From Ascidiella aspersa (Eukaryota): DNA of 64,000 nucleotides. The notes under the pieces were generated by a model. The model saw only the letters and a list, made by a program, of their open reading frames with translations, was not told the DNA's origin and did not search any database. Location: assembly GCA_963924565.1 (NCBI GenBank), contig OZ004607.1, positions 8,680,001 through 8,744,000 of the forward strand, in the 5' to 3' direction. Position 1 is the first letter of the stretch; each line of letters opens with the position of its first letter. The position numbers and the translations under genes were made by a program. Shown here in pieces: positions 51,201 through 63,692 of this stretch.

Positions 51201-54200
51201 TTTTTTTAATTGTTTTGTAATATATTAAAAAAAAATTAAGAAGTAGGCAGCTCTATTATCTTTCCTAATGTTGGTAGAAACCATGGCAAAGCTACTATTG
51301 TGGGGTTTATCTGTATGTATTTTGGTCAAATACGTCAGCCTATCCTCCAACTGTATCAGGCCAGTTTACGAAGACAACTTTTCTTTCCAACTTTCGCAGG
51401 AAGTCTTTATGGTGATTAACCCTTTGCTAATTGCTGGCATCCTGAGATACTTTGAGGGCAGGGAACCGATAACGAATGCCTATTGCTACGCGGCCGGCAT
51501 GTTTGTTGTGCCATTCTTCATCAGCCTATTTCACCACATATACTTCTTCAACCTACAGCGGATGGGATGGCATATAAGGGCAGGAACTTGCGCCCTGATG
51601 TACAAAAAGGTGAGTGGTACTAAAGTTCTGGCTTTTTCTCTACTCACTAGTCATCTGGATTGGTTGTGTGTTAAGGATGCTAGCACAATGATTCCAAAAG
51701 TAGGGTCATAATCCTTTGACGCAGGGGTCAACAAACTTTTTTCAGTTAGGGACCGATAGCTCTCTAGGATTGGCAAACAATGGCCTGAGAACTGTAGGTA
51801 TTGAATGTCGCCGGCTGGATTTAAAACTTTGTATTGACCTATTTGACTTGACTATTATTAAACAAAGAAAACAATTGCAATTTTTGAATACAATATAATT
51901 AGTTTTGTAAAATGGTCGTTTAGTTTAACATTTCATCAAAATTTAACCTAGTTTGGCATGTGTCAAAGATGATTTCATAAAATCGGCGCTATAAACACCT
52001 CAGAAAAAACTGCTTTCATATGTTATACATATATCTTAATTACTGCAATAAAAGCTTTTGGGTATTTAAATTCCAAATTTGCAATCTACTTGTTTAAAAC
52101 TGCATTTGTTTATTTCAGACTCTCCGCCTCAGCCAGAAAGCTTTGGCCAGCGCCACAACAGGCCAGATTGTTAATCTCGGTGCCACTGATGTCATGAGAT
52201 TTGACATGGTAATTACCCATTTGTTGTTGAGTTTTATTTATATAGCATGTTTCAATTGTTAAAACGTCGTTAGTACATGTGTTTAATGGGTTTATATTAA
52301 GCCCATGAAAAGGTCAAACATTATTAACCTGTAAACTAATTATATATTTTTTTAAATATAGACTAAAATTGAGGCCTCCTCTCTGTAGCACAATGAATAA
52401 ATAAAAATATTTTCACCAATATTCGAGATACAAAGTTTTTCAGAATAATGCAATAAAAAGATACAATATTATGTCAATTTTGCAGAAATCAAGTGCTGTA
52501 GGCATAATATTTAAAAATAGGCCTGATATGGAATGAATTCACTAAATAACGATGGGTAATTTTAGTTTAAATTTAAGCCCAACTTCTAGTTTTTGCCAAC
52601 TTAATTCTGATCGCATTCTCAAGCAAAACAGAACTACCTCATAATATGCTGTTGCTAGTAGTGCACTAAAAAGAAGTTCTTCCGGTACTTTCATCCAACG
52701 CTTTCATCTGCCATATTGGATGCCAACACCACCACTGTTGTATTACTTCACGTTGTTTCGCTGCATACCCTGATGAAGGCATCCTGTATAGGTAGTCGAA
52801 ACGTTGGTAAAAAATATTGCCGGAAGAGCTTCATTTTAGAACTACTACCAGCTGTCCAATTCTGCTATAGGTTATCATTTTTTTTGACATTTTTTAATTT
52901 TACTTCACAGCTTACCCTTTTCCTGCACTTTATATGGATCAGCCCGGTCACCTCACTGGTGATAACTTACCTGCTCTGGAAAGATTTAGGACCTTCTTCG
53001 TTGGCTGGCATCATTATCATGTTTGTCTTTATGGGAACTCAAAGCTTGCTGGGAAGGCAGTTTGCGCGTCTCAGGTGAACTACAGACCGTTTTATTGTTG
53101 TTAATTGTTAAAGCTTCGTTCTAAATATAACGGCGTGTACGTAACTTGATACGTTGAGGTGAAATGTGTAGTTTGTAAATAAAACAGTGCACGTTGATAT
53201 ACTATAATTGCAATGATTTTCGCTTTAAGTACACTTGATGTTTACCAAAGAATCCTGCTTTTCCTCATATAAAAGATTGCTGTCGAAAATCGTGTCAATA
53301 TGAGAAATTTGTTCTGGACTAGAGATTTACGATACTTTTTTATTTCGTTACTTACGTAAATTATGGCCGAAAAACTTGTGCGTTCAGAGGCTATAATTTA
53401 AACTTACAAAGTAATAATTTCCAGATTGTTAAGTAGTAAATTTATTTTTAAAAAGTTATCAATAAACGTTTCAGTGTTCTAACACTGTACTTTTAAGGTG
53501 GAATACGCTATGAAAGTAAATCAATTGGACGTAATGCACAATTAATCCGTTTTTGTCGCTCACTATACCCCTGTAGTATCGAATGATTGGCGATAACACG
53601 ACCTGGTTTAGAATATATATTCCGATCCGATATTATCGGACATCCCGATCGGGCACCCCCCAATTGCTGTCCTAAACCTTAGTTTTAGAACCCCTTGCTT
53701 TAAGTTAATAGTGCCGAAAATGTATTTTCTGGACATTAGTTATTGCCGAATTTATTTTTCGGTTTGGATTGGTGCGTTTTTTACCGAATTTTTGTCTGGA
53801 GTTTTATTTGTATGTTTATTTTCTCGCAGAGCGAAGATGGCGGTTTTGACCGACAGGCGAGTACGAACTATGAACGAGGTCCTAACTGCGATGCGCGTCA
53901 TCAAGATGTACACCTGGGAAAAGCCATTTGAAAGTCTGATCGGTTCCATTCGAAGGTAGGCAATAGGCATATTCGGTAATTGTGCTCTTTCAGTGGTGTT
54001 CTGTATGTGCATTAGAGGGTGTGTAGTATAGTGTTAACAAAAGTTCACAATTGTCACGTTTCAGAAAAAGTCGCGATTAAAACACGACTAGTGACGCTTT
54101 ATATTTTGAGCTGGTGAAATGTTAGACAAAAATTATTGAATATCTTAAAAAGATGTTCTGTGATTTTAGGCCATCATTTCACAATTGATCAAACTGCTTA

Positions 54201-57200
54201 GTGTCTCTTATTTCAAATTTAACTCTTATTAAAAGTTAGTTCTTTGTCAAAAGAAAAAAAATAGTCCGCTCAAATTGGCCATAATACCTATTTCCTAGTA
54301 TTAGCGAAGTACCAAAAATATTGCCTTCGGACCTTTAGTATTTTAAATCCTTTCGCGTATAATATAATCAGCTTTTTCTATTTAGTGTTGTTTTATTTTG
54401 TCCCAATTTTGCAATAACTATAGGTGTATCAAGGGTATTTATTTAATTTTATCTAAAACGCACTTCACCTATTCGTTTTTTTTAGTTATTTCACGCTATA
54501 CGCAAGGTGTGGCCGATTACCTCCGGGCTAAACCTTTGTGTAGTCGTAAGCTTAAAGTTTAAGATCGCAGTGAAACGAAAAACGAAAAACGCCCTTGCAA
54601 GATAAACGTTCAAACAGCGACAAACCTGTAACTGTATTTACATGTTCTTTGTTCTTACCATTTAATGACGTCATTATGGTAAAAGCCTTGCCGCCAAACC
54701 CCGTTTCTCTTAAGTCCTTTACTTAACGAACCGCGGACAGCAAAACAGTCGGGTTGTTATATACTTACGGCGTGTAATAAGTGGTGAAACGCCTTGAACG
54801 CTTCAATGCGCTGCATGATAAACCGAAATGGAGCTTAGTTTGCAATTTAAATTTGCGGTAAGTGTCAGTAATTGTTTGCGGCCTTTATACGAGCGCTCAA
54901 GCCTGACTTAATATAAGCCGCAGGACGACCATTACGTTGTCAAATGCGTATTTTCTATTTTTCGGTATTTTAAGCTTCTGTTGTTGATGACCTAACATAA
55001 AGTTGTATGTACAAACGGATCAAGCGGTTGTTTTTTGTCTTGCTCCCTTCTGTTTCTGTGTCTCTCAGTTGGTAGAGCAACGGTCCCAAATGAACGATGT
55101 CGTGAGTTCGATCCTCACCGCAGGGTAGTTGTTTTCTGGCCTTGCTTAATTGTAGCACAATCCTGATTAGGTCAACTGATTTATATAACTGCCTTTTCGA
55201 AGATACCCGACATATTGCCCTTTGATGTGAGGAAAGTGAAGCAAACCATTTTTAAGCAACTGTGCTTATGCTTTGTTTATTTAGGTAAAATGGCCTTAGT
55301 ATTATTTTATCTCCAAACGACCACGTTATCGTTATATCTTAAACGATTTTAAACGTCACATTTATAAACCGCTTAAAATGCAATTGTCACTCTTTCGCGT
55401 CGTTTATGGATAGTAGTGATAATCCTGAAAGCCATGTTAGGGCCTAACACTACATTTCTAATTTTTTTGCACATGTTGATTTTTGAAAATTGCGTCCAAA
55501 ACGTGTAAAAAAAAAAAAAAAAGTAGAAACAGCCAAGCTTGAAATTTTCGGATTGGTCATGAGAGTAATCACAAACTTACAAAATATCAATTTACGCGCA
55601 GTTTCTTGTTCTGAAAGGTTACGCAACCCACAGTAACTTCGGTGAGAATGTGCTTCGTCATGTTAGTAGTAAAATCTGCAGCGTCATGTCACGTAACCCG
55701 CGCTACCGTTTGTCCAACCGAAGTCCATTTAGTGACAGCATGCGAAAAATCTAGACCAATGTAACATTGACTTTGTGCCATCTAGATTTCGCCCAGGGCA
55801 TTGTACTCGCGGTTTATTGTCATAGCGCCATAATAACGCCACACACAGGCTATGCGGTCATACCTTAAATCGGGCATAATCTCTTATATCGCCCGTTTAT
55901 CTTTTTGCGATTTAAACGATCGATCGTTCTGCGACCTACGCTTTAGATAAGAACGCAGAAATTTCATGCTTGAAGGCATTTTCCTTGGGGTGCTATGGCT
56001 GCTATATGCAAAGCCATTAAACCTGTATATGTGTGGTGTTAGATGGTTACTATTGGGCCCTGTATTTTTTCCAAAAGGCAGCCAATCGGTTCTTGGCGAA
56101 ACATAAGCTTTCCTCGTTTTGCTAAAACAAACAATAAACATATAGCGGATGTTATATGTAATGACTTTATGACTTTAAATGACTTTTACGGAATCATTTC
56201 CTTACACATCGGAGCCATTAAGTAAAAATTGTTTGTCCGTCACAAAATTTGTTGATATTTATTCTGCTGTATTACCTATTGATGCCTTAGGGATCTATTG
56301 TTTGGCGAACAAAAAAACAAAAAACTAAAAAGATATTGTGAATGAGTAGCGAGATGTTCGAAACGTTCACAATTGACAATGCTACCTACTTCTGTATATA
56401 GGCTTTGGTGTTCTCACTGTGTCTGGTACTATTATATCTTTTTAACAAAAAACGCAATAAAAAACATGAGATTGGACCACTTTAAACCCTAAATTTCTCA
56501 TGCTTAGCATAAAATTTGCTTAGCCTGATAATTTTTTAAGGGGAACACTATAGTAACCACTTTCGCTGCCTACTTTTTTATGGGCTTTGATATTCTTACT
56601 ACGTAAAATTAGCACGATTGGTTGATAAAGTTTTCGTGGTGATATGTTGGGCTTTTTGTGTGATCGCAGGCTGAATCATATAAAAGCAAAAAATATTAGG
56701 CAATGTAGGACAGTTTACCTAACTCCACTTGAACAGCAAACAGCTACGTTTTTATTCTGTAATTTGTGTTGCAAATATGTTGATTTTGTAATGCTAAAAC
56801 AAAAATTATTCAAGCGGCTTTTAGCCGTTCTTGTCGAAGCGCAAAAAATGCAATAAATTAAGGCAAAAAAGTCATTACGTAAAAAAAACTACGTAAAAAA
56901 CGTGTAATACATTAACGCCAAAAGTGTAATAAGAATCTAAAATGTGAAACATTTATGAGGCTGCCGTTGGTTAGATTCTCCATTTGTCGCATTACATTAC
57001 TCCGTAATCTAAAATTCGCAGCTTTATAGACTTTAAAAAAACGTCAGTAAACTTAGCGAAATGTTAAAAAACAGATGGAACGCTACGAAAGTAAATATAC
57101 TAAGTGGTATGCAAACGGAAAAGCTTGATAAGCACTGACGTAATTGCGGAAAAAATCACTTCAGAAAGCAGTTCTCGCACTCTAAGGTAGCTCAAAGAAC

Positions 57201-60200
57201 CGCCGCCGTGGCGAATGCTATAAATTACCTAGTGTTACGCAACCCGTTAAACCACATGCCGCAACTTCTGAGCATAAAGGGAAATTGCGCCATGTCCTGA
57301 AACGCTTCACAGCACTCCCTCCTTGCCAACGGATATTGACCTCATCTCGCTCACTCCCTTACATCCGACCGACAAGTTAAATTTATCGTAATCTAAGTTA
57401 AATTACATTTTAAGTTCTGTTTTTTGACAATGCTTCGCACATACACGGGCATTTGTAAATATACTAGTAATGCCAGACATAGTATAATAAAAAGAAGCTC
57501 TTGCTTAAAGGTACTTATTTATTTAATCCGACATTCCGGCAAAGTGTCCGAACCGAGTATTTTGCCGTTTTAAATTTTAACTTCACTTTTCGTTCTTCTT
57601 TCGTGCAGGCAGGAAATTCGCAAAGTGGCCGTGTCGTCGATCATGAAGGCCTGCAACTTCTCGATGATCTTTGTGACGTCACGCCTCCTCATTTTCGCCA
57701 CAGTCGCCATTTACGTCTCGACTGGAGGTCACTTGACCGCGTCCAAGGTGAATAGGTCGCGTTTTTTTACAGTCACTGGAATTTTGTTTTGTTGATGACG
57801 TGAGCTAGGGATGTGCAATGATTTCGTATCAGAGCCGATATTCTATGCTCAGTGGTATGATGCGATGCCAAATTAATATCGGTTTTTCAGACTTGATTTT
57901 TCATCCCATGCAAAGATTTCTACTTTGAATTAAAAATTAGTTAGAAAACCTAATATAACTAAGTTTCTCAGCGCCAAAGCAAGTTTTTGGCTCATAACCT
58001 TATAACCTATAAATTAAGACTTTTAAATGTCAAAATTTCATTTTAATTGTTGTAATGACGACATTTAATTGAGTAACAGCGTCATTTGATAGCATAGTAA
58101 TAATGACGTTATTTAAATCGAATCGGATTGCGATCCTTTTTGTTAAACTATCCCGCATCGATATCGAAATAAAATGTCTGCATCGGACATCCTTGCATGA
58201 GCTATTTTCGAAATGTTTGTAAAAAGTGAAAGTCGTTACCAGTGTTCCCACTAAAAAATTATCAGACTGATGTTTATTTAGCTAAGCATGATAAATTTGG
58301 GGTTGAGAGTGGTCGAATCTTATTTTATTTTTAGCAGCAGTTATTATGTTCAAAATGCTACCTACTTCTGTATGGAATTTGATATTTTTATTACGTGAAA
58401 CTATAACCTCCAACCATTATGTTCAAAAGTACTAGAGACGTTCTTGTCGAGTCCTGTCACGTATTTAATGAACTTATTGCTGACCTTTTAACAACACAGA
58501 ACTGTTATGAGCTATGGTGGCCGGAAATTATTCAGCAAAACCATCACGTGCGTAGTTTATCAAGCTCCTAATTTAACTTGCTTGGCGACAAAAGGCCATG
58601 ATGACTTGTATAATGCTAACCGTTGTAGCATGCCATCGAAGTTTATGGCCTTTTAGCAGTCATTGATTGTTTTTATAAAGCTAAGGCGAAGTCCGTTTAA
58701 TAGCCAAATGTTTGTACATGTAATAACAAAAAATGCTGGCTGTTTGATACAGCATTTACACAAGCTGAACACACACATACAATGTATTTTGGCCATTAAG
58801 CGGATGCCTTTGAATGTTCAAAGAATAGGCCTAAGCGGGTATAAACTAAGGTTCACAGAATGCTATTGTAAAATAGAGCCATTTGTAAAGAACCAGTAGT
58901 AAAGCAAGCCGCCCTTAAAAGCCTGTCTGTTGTCTGTGTAAAGTTTGACATCCAAAATTCTTTATAGGTAATTGGATAATCATTTTAAACGCCATTAGCC
59001 TTTATTTTATGTTAATGTCTTTTTAACCTTGTAACGTTAGAATTGACAAAAGATTGTTCATTCTTTTTCATTCCGGATAATGTGTCTTAATATATAAACT
59101 GTTGCTACCAGGCATGGTAATATAAATCAAAAACAGCTCCTCTGGTAATTGTAATTATTAACCAACGTTTCGGAAACCTATACAAGCCGCCTTCGTCAGG
59201 GTGATTGACACTGAACGCTCGCGCGTTAATTTTCGTTCGCATCACCCTATTTACCAAATGAGAGGTGTCGTGCGATCACTTGAGGACCAGGCGCGACGCC
59301 TATGTTCTAACAGCATTGAGCGCGAGGTGGAACTTAAAAAGGTACACGAAGCCCTGAAGTCCAACGGTTACCCCAACTGGATGTTCCACGACCGACCGAA
59401 TTCTGTTGCCACGCAGGTTAGTTTTGTAAAAAAAGATGGGTTTGTTACGTTGCCCTACATACCAAAACTAACCGATGTGTTAAGACGTATGTTGGGAGAC
59501 TTCGGTATAGCGGTTGGTGTGCAACCTGCCAATACTCTTCGAAAGCTTCTTAGTCAACCCAAAGATCCCATCAGTTCCTTTGACCAACGAGGTGTGGTAT
59601 ATTCAATCCCCTGTGCGGATTGTAATTTGGTCTATATCGGCGAGACTGGAAGGTCATTCAAGACTCGCCGTAAAGAACACCAAAGGGACGTGGCAAATAA
59701 CGACGCAAAGAAGTCTGCACTCTCATACCATGCTGTTTCTCGAAACCACCAAATTGATTTTGGTGGCGCTTCAATAATAGCACGAGAATCAGACTACAGG
59801 AAAAGATTATTTTTGGAATCGTGGAATATTCATAGGAAGGGTAACACCATGAACGTCAAAACTGACGTGATGCTTTCTGCATGCTACAAGCACCTGCTGA
59901 AGGACTAGCGGCAGTCGCTAATTACTTTCTTATCGTTTTGTTGCTCGCGTTTATTTCTGTTTTTTTCTTTTTTTCCTTTCCATTTATTGCACGAGCGTTC
60001 AGTGTCAATCACCCTGACGAAGGCGGCTTGTATAGGTTGCCGAAACGTTGGTTAACAATTACAATTACCAGAGGAGCTGTTTTTGATTTATATAATGTGT
60101 CTTAATGTATCTTTTTGGTAGATGCTGTTCGTAAACACACTACGAAACCTCCAAATGCCTAAAAAAAAAAAAAAAATAGGCATCATTAAATTAAACATTG

Positions 60201-60436
60201 TTCGACTTGATACACGGCATCACTAAACAATGTTTTCCCATGTGGCCCCGATGAGTTTGGACCACCCTAGCCTATAGCATCTTGTTACGGGATCCATCAG
60301 TAAACCATTTTTTCACACTTTCAAGGTCTTCTCGGCGATCGCCCTGTACAACGTCATTCGCGTCTCGATGGGAATCTTTTTCCCGCTCGCCATTGAGAAG
60401 CTCGCCGAATCCCTGATCAGCATGCGTCGCATACAG
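48232..60436 (+). CDS. ABCC4: ABC transporter C family, MRP4-like ('short' MRP without TMD0); first nine coding exons (L0 + TMD1), continues beyond the window
   Basis: In-frame exons 48232-48308 ([26 protein letters not shown]), 48960-49070 ([20 protein letters not shown]), 50859-50979 (WNKEL..KPSLFKA), 51400-51609 ([26 protein letters not shown]), 52119-52208 ([18 protein letters not shown]), 52911-53074 (FLHFIWISP), 53830-53955 ([27 protein letters not shown]), 57609-57747 (LTASK), 60326-60436 ([20 protein letters not shown]). Confidence 0.92.
49309..50248. mobile_element. hAT (Buster/Charlie-type) MITE nested in a TAGGG-family MITE, ABCC4 intron 2
   Basis: TIR CAGTGATTCTTAACC...GGTTGAGAAACACTG. 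Perfect TSD CTATAGTC. Confidence 0.9.
50659..50730 (+). mobile_element. Degenerate copy of the tRNA-derived SINE-like element
   Basis: GTCAAGAGTTCAAACCTCACCACAG..GCCTTGC..ATTAGGCGAACTGATTT is colinear with 55099-55182. Confidence 0.55.
52648..52855. mobile_element. Old Penelope-like pLTR remnant in inverted (foldback) arrangement
   Basis: 52648-52724 is a degenerate reverse complement of 52778-52855. It shares the hammerhead and the downstream motif with the 59-60 kb element. Confidence 0.65.
52766..52809 (+). ncRNA. Minimal type I hammerhead ribozyme motif (Penelope-type)
   Basis: TACC CTGATGA A GGCATCCT-GTAT-AGGTAGTC GAAA CGTT GGTA: intact core, 4-bp stem I, palindromic AACGTT stem III, two mismatches in stem II. 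Confidence 0.7.
55055..55187 (+). mobile_element. tRNA-derived SINE-like element / tRNA pseudogene
   Basis: A-box-like TCTCTCAGTTGGTAGAGC, B-box GAGTTCGATCC, T-stem GTGAG/CTCAC, acceptor-like CTGTG/CGCAG. The anticodon arm does not pair. The 3' tail is shared with 50659-50730. Confidence 0.7.
59161..59202 (-). ncRNA. Minimal hammerhead ribozyme motif, inverted copy
   Basis: The reverse complement reads ACC CTGACGA A GGCGGCTT-GTAT-AGGTTTCC GAAA CGTT GGT. Confidence 0.65.
59201..59908 (+). CDS. Penelope-like element C-terminal region: RT thumb/linker remnant + GIY-YIG endonuclease (partial)
   Basis: Uninterrupted frame with [66 protein letters not shown]. The first codons derive from the inverted pLTR. 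Confidence 0.85.
   Translation: MIDTERSRVNFRSHHPIYQMRGVVRSLEDQARRLCSNSIEREVELKKVHEALKSNGYPNWMFHDRPNSVATQVSFVKKDGFVTLPYIPKLTDVLRRMLGDFGIAVGVQPANTLRKLLSQPKDPISSFDQRGVVYSIPCADCNLVYIGETGRSFKTRRKEHQRDVANNDAKKSALSYHAVSRNHQIDFGGASIIARESDYRKRLFLESWNIHRKGNTMNVKTDVMLSACYKHLLKD
60011..60052 (+). ncRNA. Minimal type I hammerhead ribozyme motif (Penelope-type)
   Basis: ACC CTGACGA A GGCGGCTT-GTAT-AGGTTGCC GAAA CGTT GGT: intact core, 8-bp stem II including G-U pairs, palindromic AACGTT stem III, 3-bp stem I. Confidence 0.75.
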
Positions 60437-61340
60437 GTTGGTAAAACCCTCTTCGAAGTTGAAAGGTTGAGACTTGAGCGTGCGCCGGTTCGAATCCCGC
60501 CCCTGCCACTTTTGCCGTCGAAAAAAAAAATGTGGTCGAAATTTCCCATGTCAAAAACTTTTACGACAGTTTCAGGGATGTCTGATAATATTAGATCGGA
60601 GCCGATATATGTGGTATTTTATCGTTAATCGTCCGATACCAGGGTGGTATCGATACTTTTTGTCTGAAATATCGGAAAAGGTATCGGATATCCCTACTAG
60701 TGGCATTGAAAAAAATATAGACTAAAAATAGTTAAATATTATTACAAAAATACCGTTTTTTCTTAAACGATATCCCCAGTTTTGACAAAACAAACACAAA
60801 ATAACAAAGGATATAAAACCGAAAGTAGTTTAATTGTTGTATGACGAACCACGGGGACGGCCAAAACATAGCAAGCATTGATTTACTATCATTGAGCGAT
60901 TTATTAATAACTCTTTTGACAATATTTATTAAACCCATGTTGGTGAAAACTTATATACTTCGCAGAAGATAGTATTCTAGCCTTTTCTTGTTTACAATAC
61001 TGGCCTTATTAGACCAAAAAGTTTCGGTAATAGCCTTTTCGAAGGCACCTGTATATTATTACGAGTATGCCATAATCGTTGTTCAGTACTACTTCAGCAG
61101 GGCTGATCACGGTTTAAAGCCATCTGAATTTCACGACTCAGTCGCGCCTAAAAAAGAGTGTTTATTTACGCTAAATATGCCATATAATGTACGCATTTTA
61201 TTCCGATATAAATTACCCTTATATGTTGGATAAAAAAACGTCCCATGCGACATAGTTTTAGTACAAAGGAAAAAAATACAACGGTATTTTGACGGGCTTT
61301 TGTTCAACACCATTATCGAACACCCCCCTACACCCTAGCG

Positions 61341-61789
61341 CAGTGTTTTTGCAACCTGTTTAGAGCCCCAGAACACTTATGCGTTAAAATAATTTTGCGG
61401 AACATTAAACGAAAGTTTATAAATAAGGCATCCAAAAAAAACAATACAATACCAAATTATTCCTCTACAGTTTTTCCTCTGGAGTTGTTTGGAACAGCAG
61501 AAAATTATTATTCGGGCTGTATAAGCAGCAGCAGGCCCTTGCAGTCACCATGTATTATTAAACTTGTTGAGTCTTATTTTAACATTACACAACAATACCC
61601 CCAAATAAAGAAAATCCTGATAGAACATTTAAACTGGCAAAGGATTTTGTACAACAAAAGCAACGTTTTCCTACTAACTAGTGTTTTTTTAAATAATGTT
61701 TAATGGAACATTAGCCAAAATTTAAAAATTGTTGCGGAACACCTAGCGATATTTTGGTTGAACTGCGGAACAGCGGTTGAAAATCACTG
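61341..61789. mobile_element. hAT MITE
   Basis: CAGTGTTTTTGCAACC...GGTTGAAAATCACTG. TSD CCCTAGCG/CCCAAGCA (6/8). Confidence 0.75.
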
Positions 61790-61822
61790 CCCAAGCAAAT
61801 ACTTCTACCCGTGTCCCTAGAC

Positions 61823-62083
61823 CAGTGATTCCCGAACTGTGTGCCGCGAAACTGTTGTCATTTTTGGAAAATAATTATTTGTGTTGCCAATAGGCATACA
61901 CGCAAGCATTTTAGACTTAAATACGCACTATGCATTAAAAATTAGTAATGTTGAGACATTTACATATAGTTTATCGTATTGGGGGCCATTGTCAAATTAC
62001 TCTATTGTTGTTATTTTAAAAGTGAGCCGCGAAATGTAAGATTCTTTTAGTGTGTCGCAAGCTAAAAAATTTGAGAACCACTG
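61823..62083. mobile_element. hAT (Buster/Charlie-type) MITE
   Basis: CAGTGATTCCCGAA...TTTGAGAACCACTG. Perfect TSD CCCTAGAC. Confidence 0.88.
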
Positions 62084-63405
62084 CCCTAGACCGTTTCAAC
62101 CCAGCAAAGCAACCTCGTAAAGGGCATTTTTGGCTGTTTGTCAATCTAGCGACCAACCCCTAGACAGGTTGCATCCGTTGTATGTCACACATCTTCGCTT
62201 TAAACTCTGCCCTGGTTAAATATACCCTTAAATGCCAATCTGGTCGGTGCTTTGATGCCCACATCCACGACAGAGCGAAGCCTGAGATGGCCGTTTCTTG
62301 TTGTTTGACATTTGACGCGCAAAAGGCTGTTTTTATAGCCTCACCTAAGGTGCGCTGTTAAAGGTGCCAGAAAATTGCGTTAATTTGCTACGAGCGTTTA
62401 AACGTGCTCTGTTTGACCTTTTTTAAAATTAGGTCGAATTTGTTAAACCGTGTGATGTTATCTTAAGTGGTTAAACTTACTATTAAGACTCCACCAGTAT
62501 TCAGTGAGTATGTGTGCTGGATTTCAATAAATGGTAACAACTCTAATATGAAAATAAAATGAATATCATAGCCGAAAAGGAAAAAAATAAAAAAGGTCAA
62601 GTAAATTGACATCGTCTTGAAAAAAAAAGACCTTTCGATACGCACTTTGTATCAACTTTAGTTAATCTATGTAGTAAAATATGACCAGCCTAATGCCATT
62701 ATACACGTTCCTGTAATAAGTTGTGCTAAAAGGAAAACAAGGTGCGGTAAATATTCTTCCAACTAGCTTTCGAATATTGGATTTTTTTTCGCTAGAAAAA
62801 TAACACACTTGTAATTTCTGTAACTACTTTAAATATTTCAAATAAGACATACTAAACGTTTAAATTGTCCCTTTGATATGCAAAAAAATATCAAGGTGTC
62901 TTAACTTTAAGCTAGCATTCAAATGTTCTGTTACAATCGCGCGTTGCAACAAGCCAAGATTTGGGAAATGTTATTTATTTTAGAAAAAAAATGTTAAGGA
63001 TATTTGGTTCACTTTATAACGTGAAACGTTGACTATCCAATTTGCCAGTTTTGCAAAATCACATAACTTCCTTGTACGTAGGTACGAAGTTCGAAATTCT
63101 GCCGGCAAGGCGGTCTCACAAGGTTGCGTTCAGTCAGTCGTTTCCCTGTTCAAAGCATACAAAAGCGCTTTACCCATGACCAAGCAGTTTTCACCTGATT
63201 TTGCTGTTTGCCTGTTCTTTTGGTGAACTCTCGCGTTTTTAGATTAGCTGCCGTTGTTTGCCCAATTGCACACGATATCCTTTCTGTCCACGTCTTTATG
63301 GGAATGATTAACCTTTTTTTGACATTGCCCTTCCCTTCGATTCCCCTCACGCGTTTGTACATGCCATTTACGCGAATTTCATTTTTGCTTTTGATTTGCC
63401 ATTTG

Positions 63406-63692
63406 TAAACTTGTTGAACAGTTGTAATACTGAAACGGGTAACAATGGAAATAGGTGAAAAAAGCAAAACGTGATTGACACAAAAACTGAAAAAAAAACG
63501 AAGGAAAATATAGAATGTGCAAAGTATTTCTAAAAGGAAATATAGTGCGGTAAATATTCTTCTAGGAAGACATTTCAATTATTGGATTTCGCATGCATAA
63601 ACTTGTTGAACAGTAGTAATATTGACACGGGCAAAATGGAATAGGTAAAAAACCATAACGTGACTGACCCAAAAACTGAAAAAAGAAAAATG
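63406..63692. repeat. Diverged direct repeat (~95-bp units, 192-bp spacing)
   Basis: TAAACTTGTTGAACAGT..GTAATA.TGA.ACGGG..AATAGGT..AACGTGA.TGAC.CAAAAACTGAAAAAA at 63406 and 63598. Confidence 0.8.

Larger units (their letters stand above)
59092..60091 (+). mobile_element. 5'-truncated Penelope-like retroelement with an inverted pLTR, in ABCC4 intron 8
   Basis: TSD ATAATGTGTCTTAAT (59077-59091, 60092-60106). ~100-bp inverted repeats 59120-59221 / 59992-60093 with two mismatches. GIY-YIG ORF and hammerhead motifs. Confidence 0.93.

Noticed and set aside
55055-55125. Functional tRNA gene
   Set aside because: The anticodon stem does not pair, and the 3' flank is shared with another degenerate copy, which fits a SINE better.
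59201-59908. GIY-YIG ORF as a domesticated stand-alone nuclease
   Set aside because: It lacks its own native start and is bounded by a TSD and near-identical inverted arms. Recent 5'-truncated retrotransposition explains the open frame.
63150-63578. 142-aa minus-strand ORF
   Set aside because: Low-complexity, overlaps a direct repeat within an ABCC4 intron, and has no domain signature.
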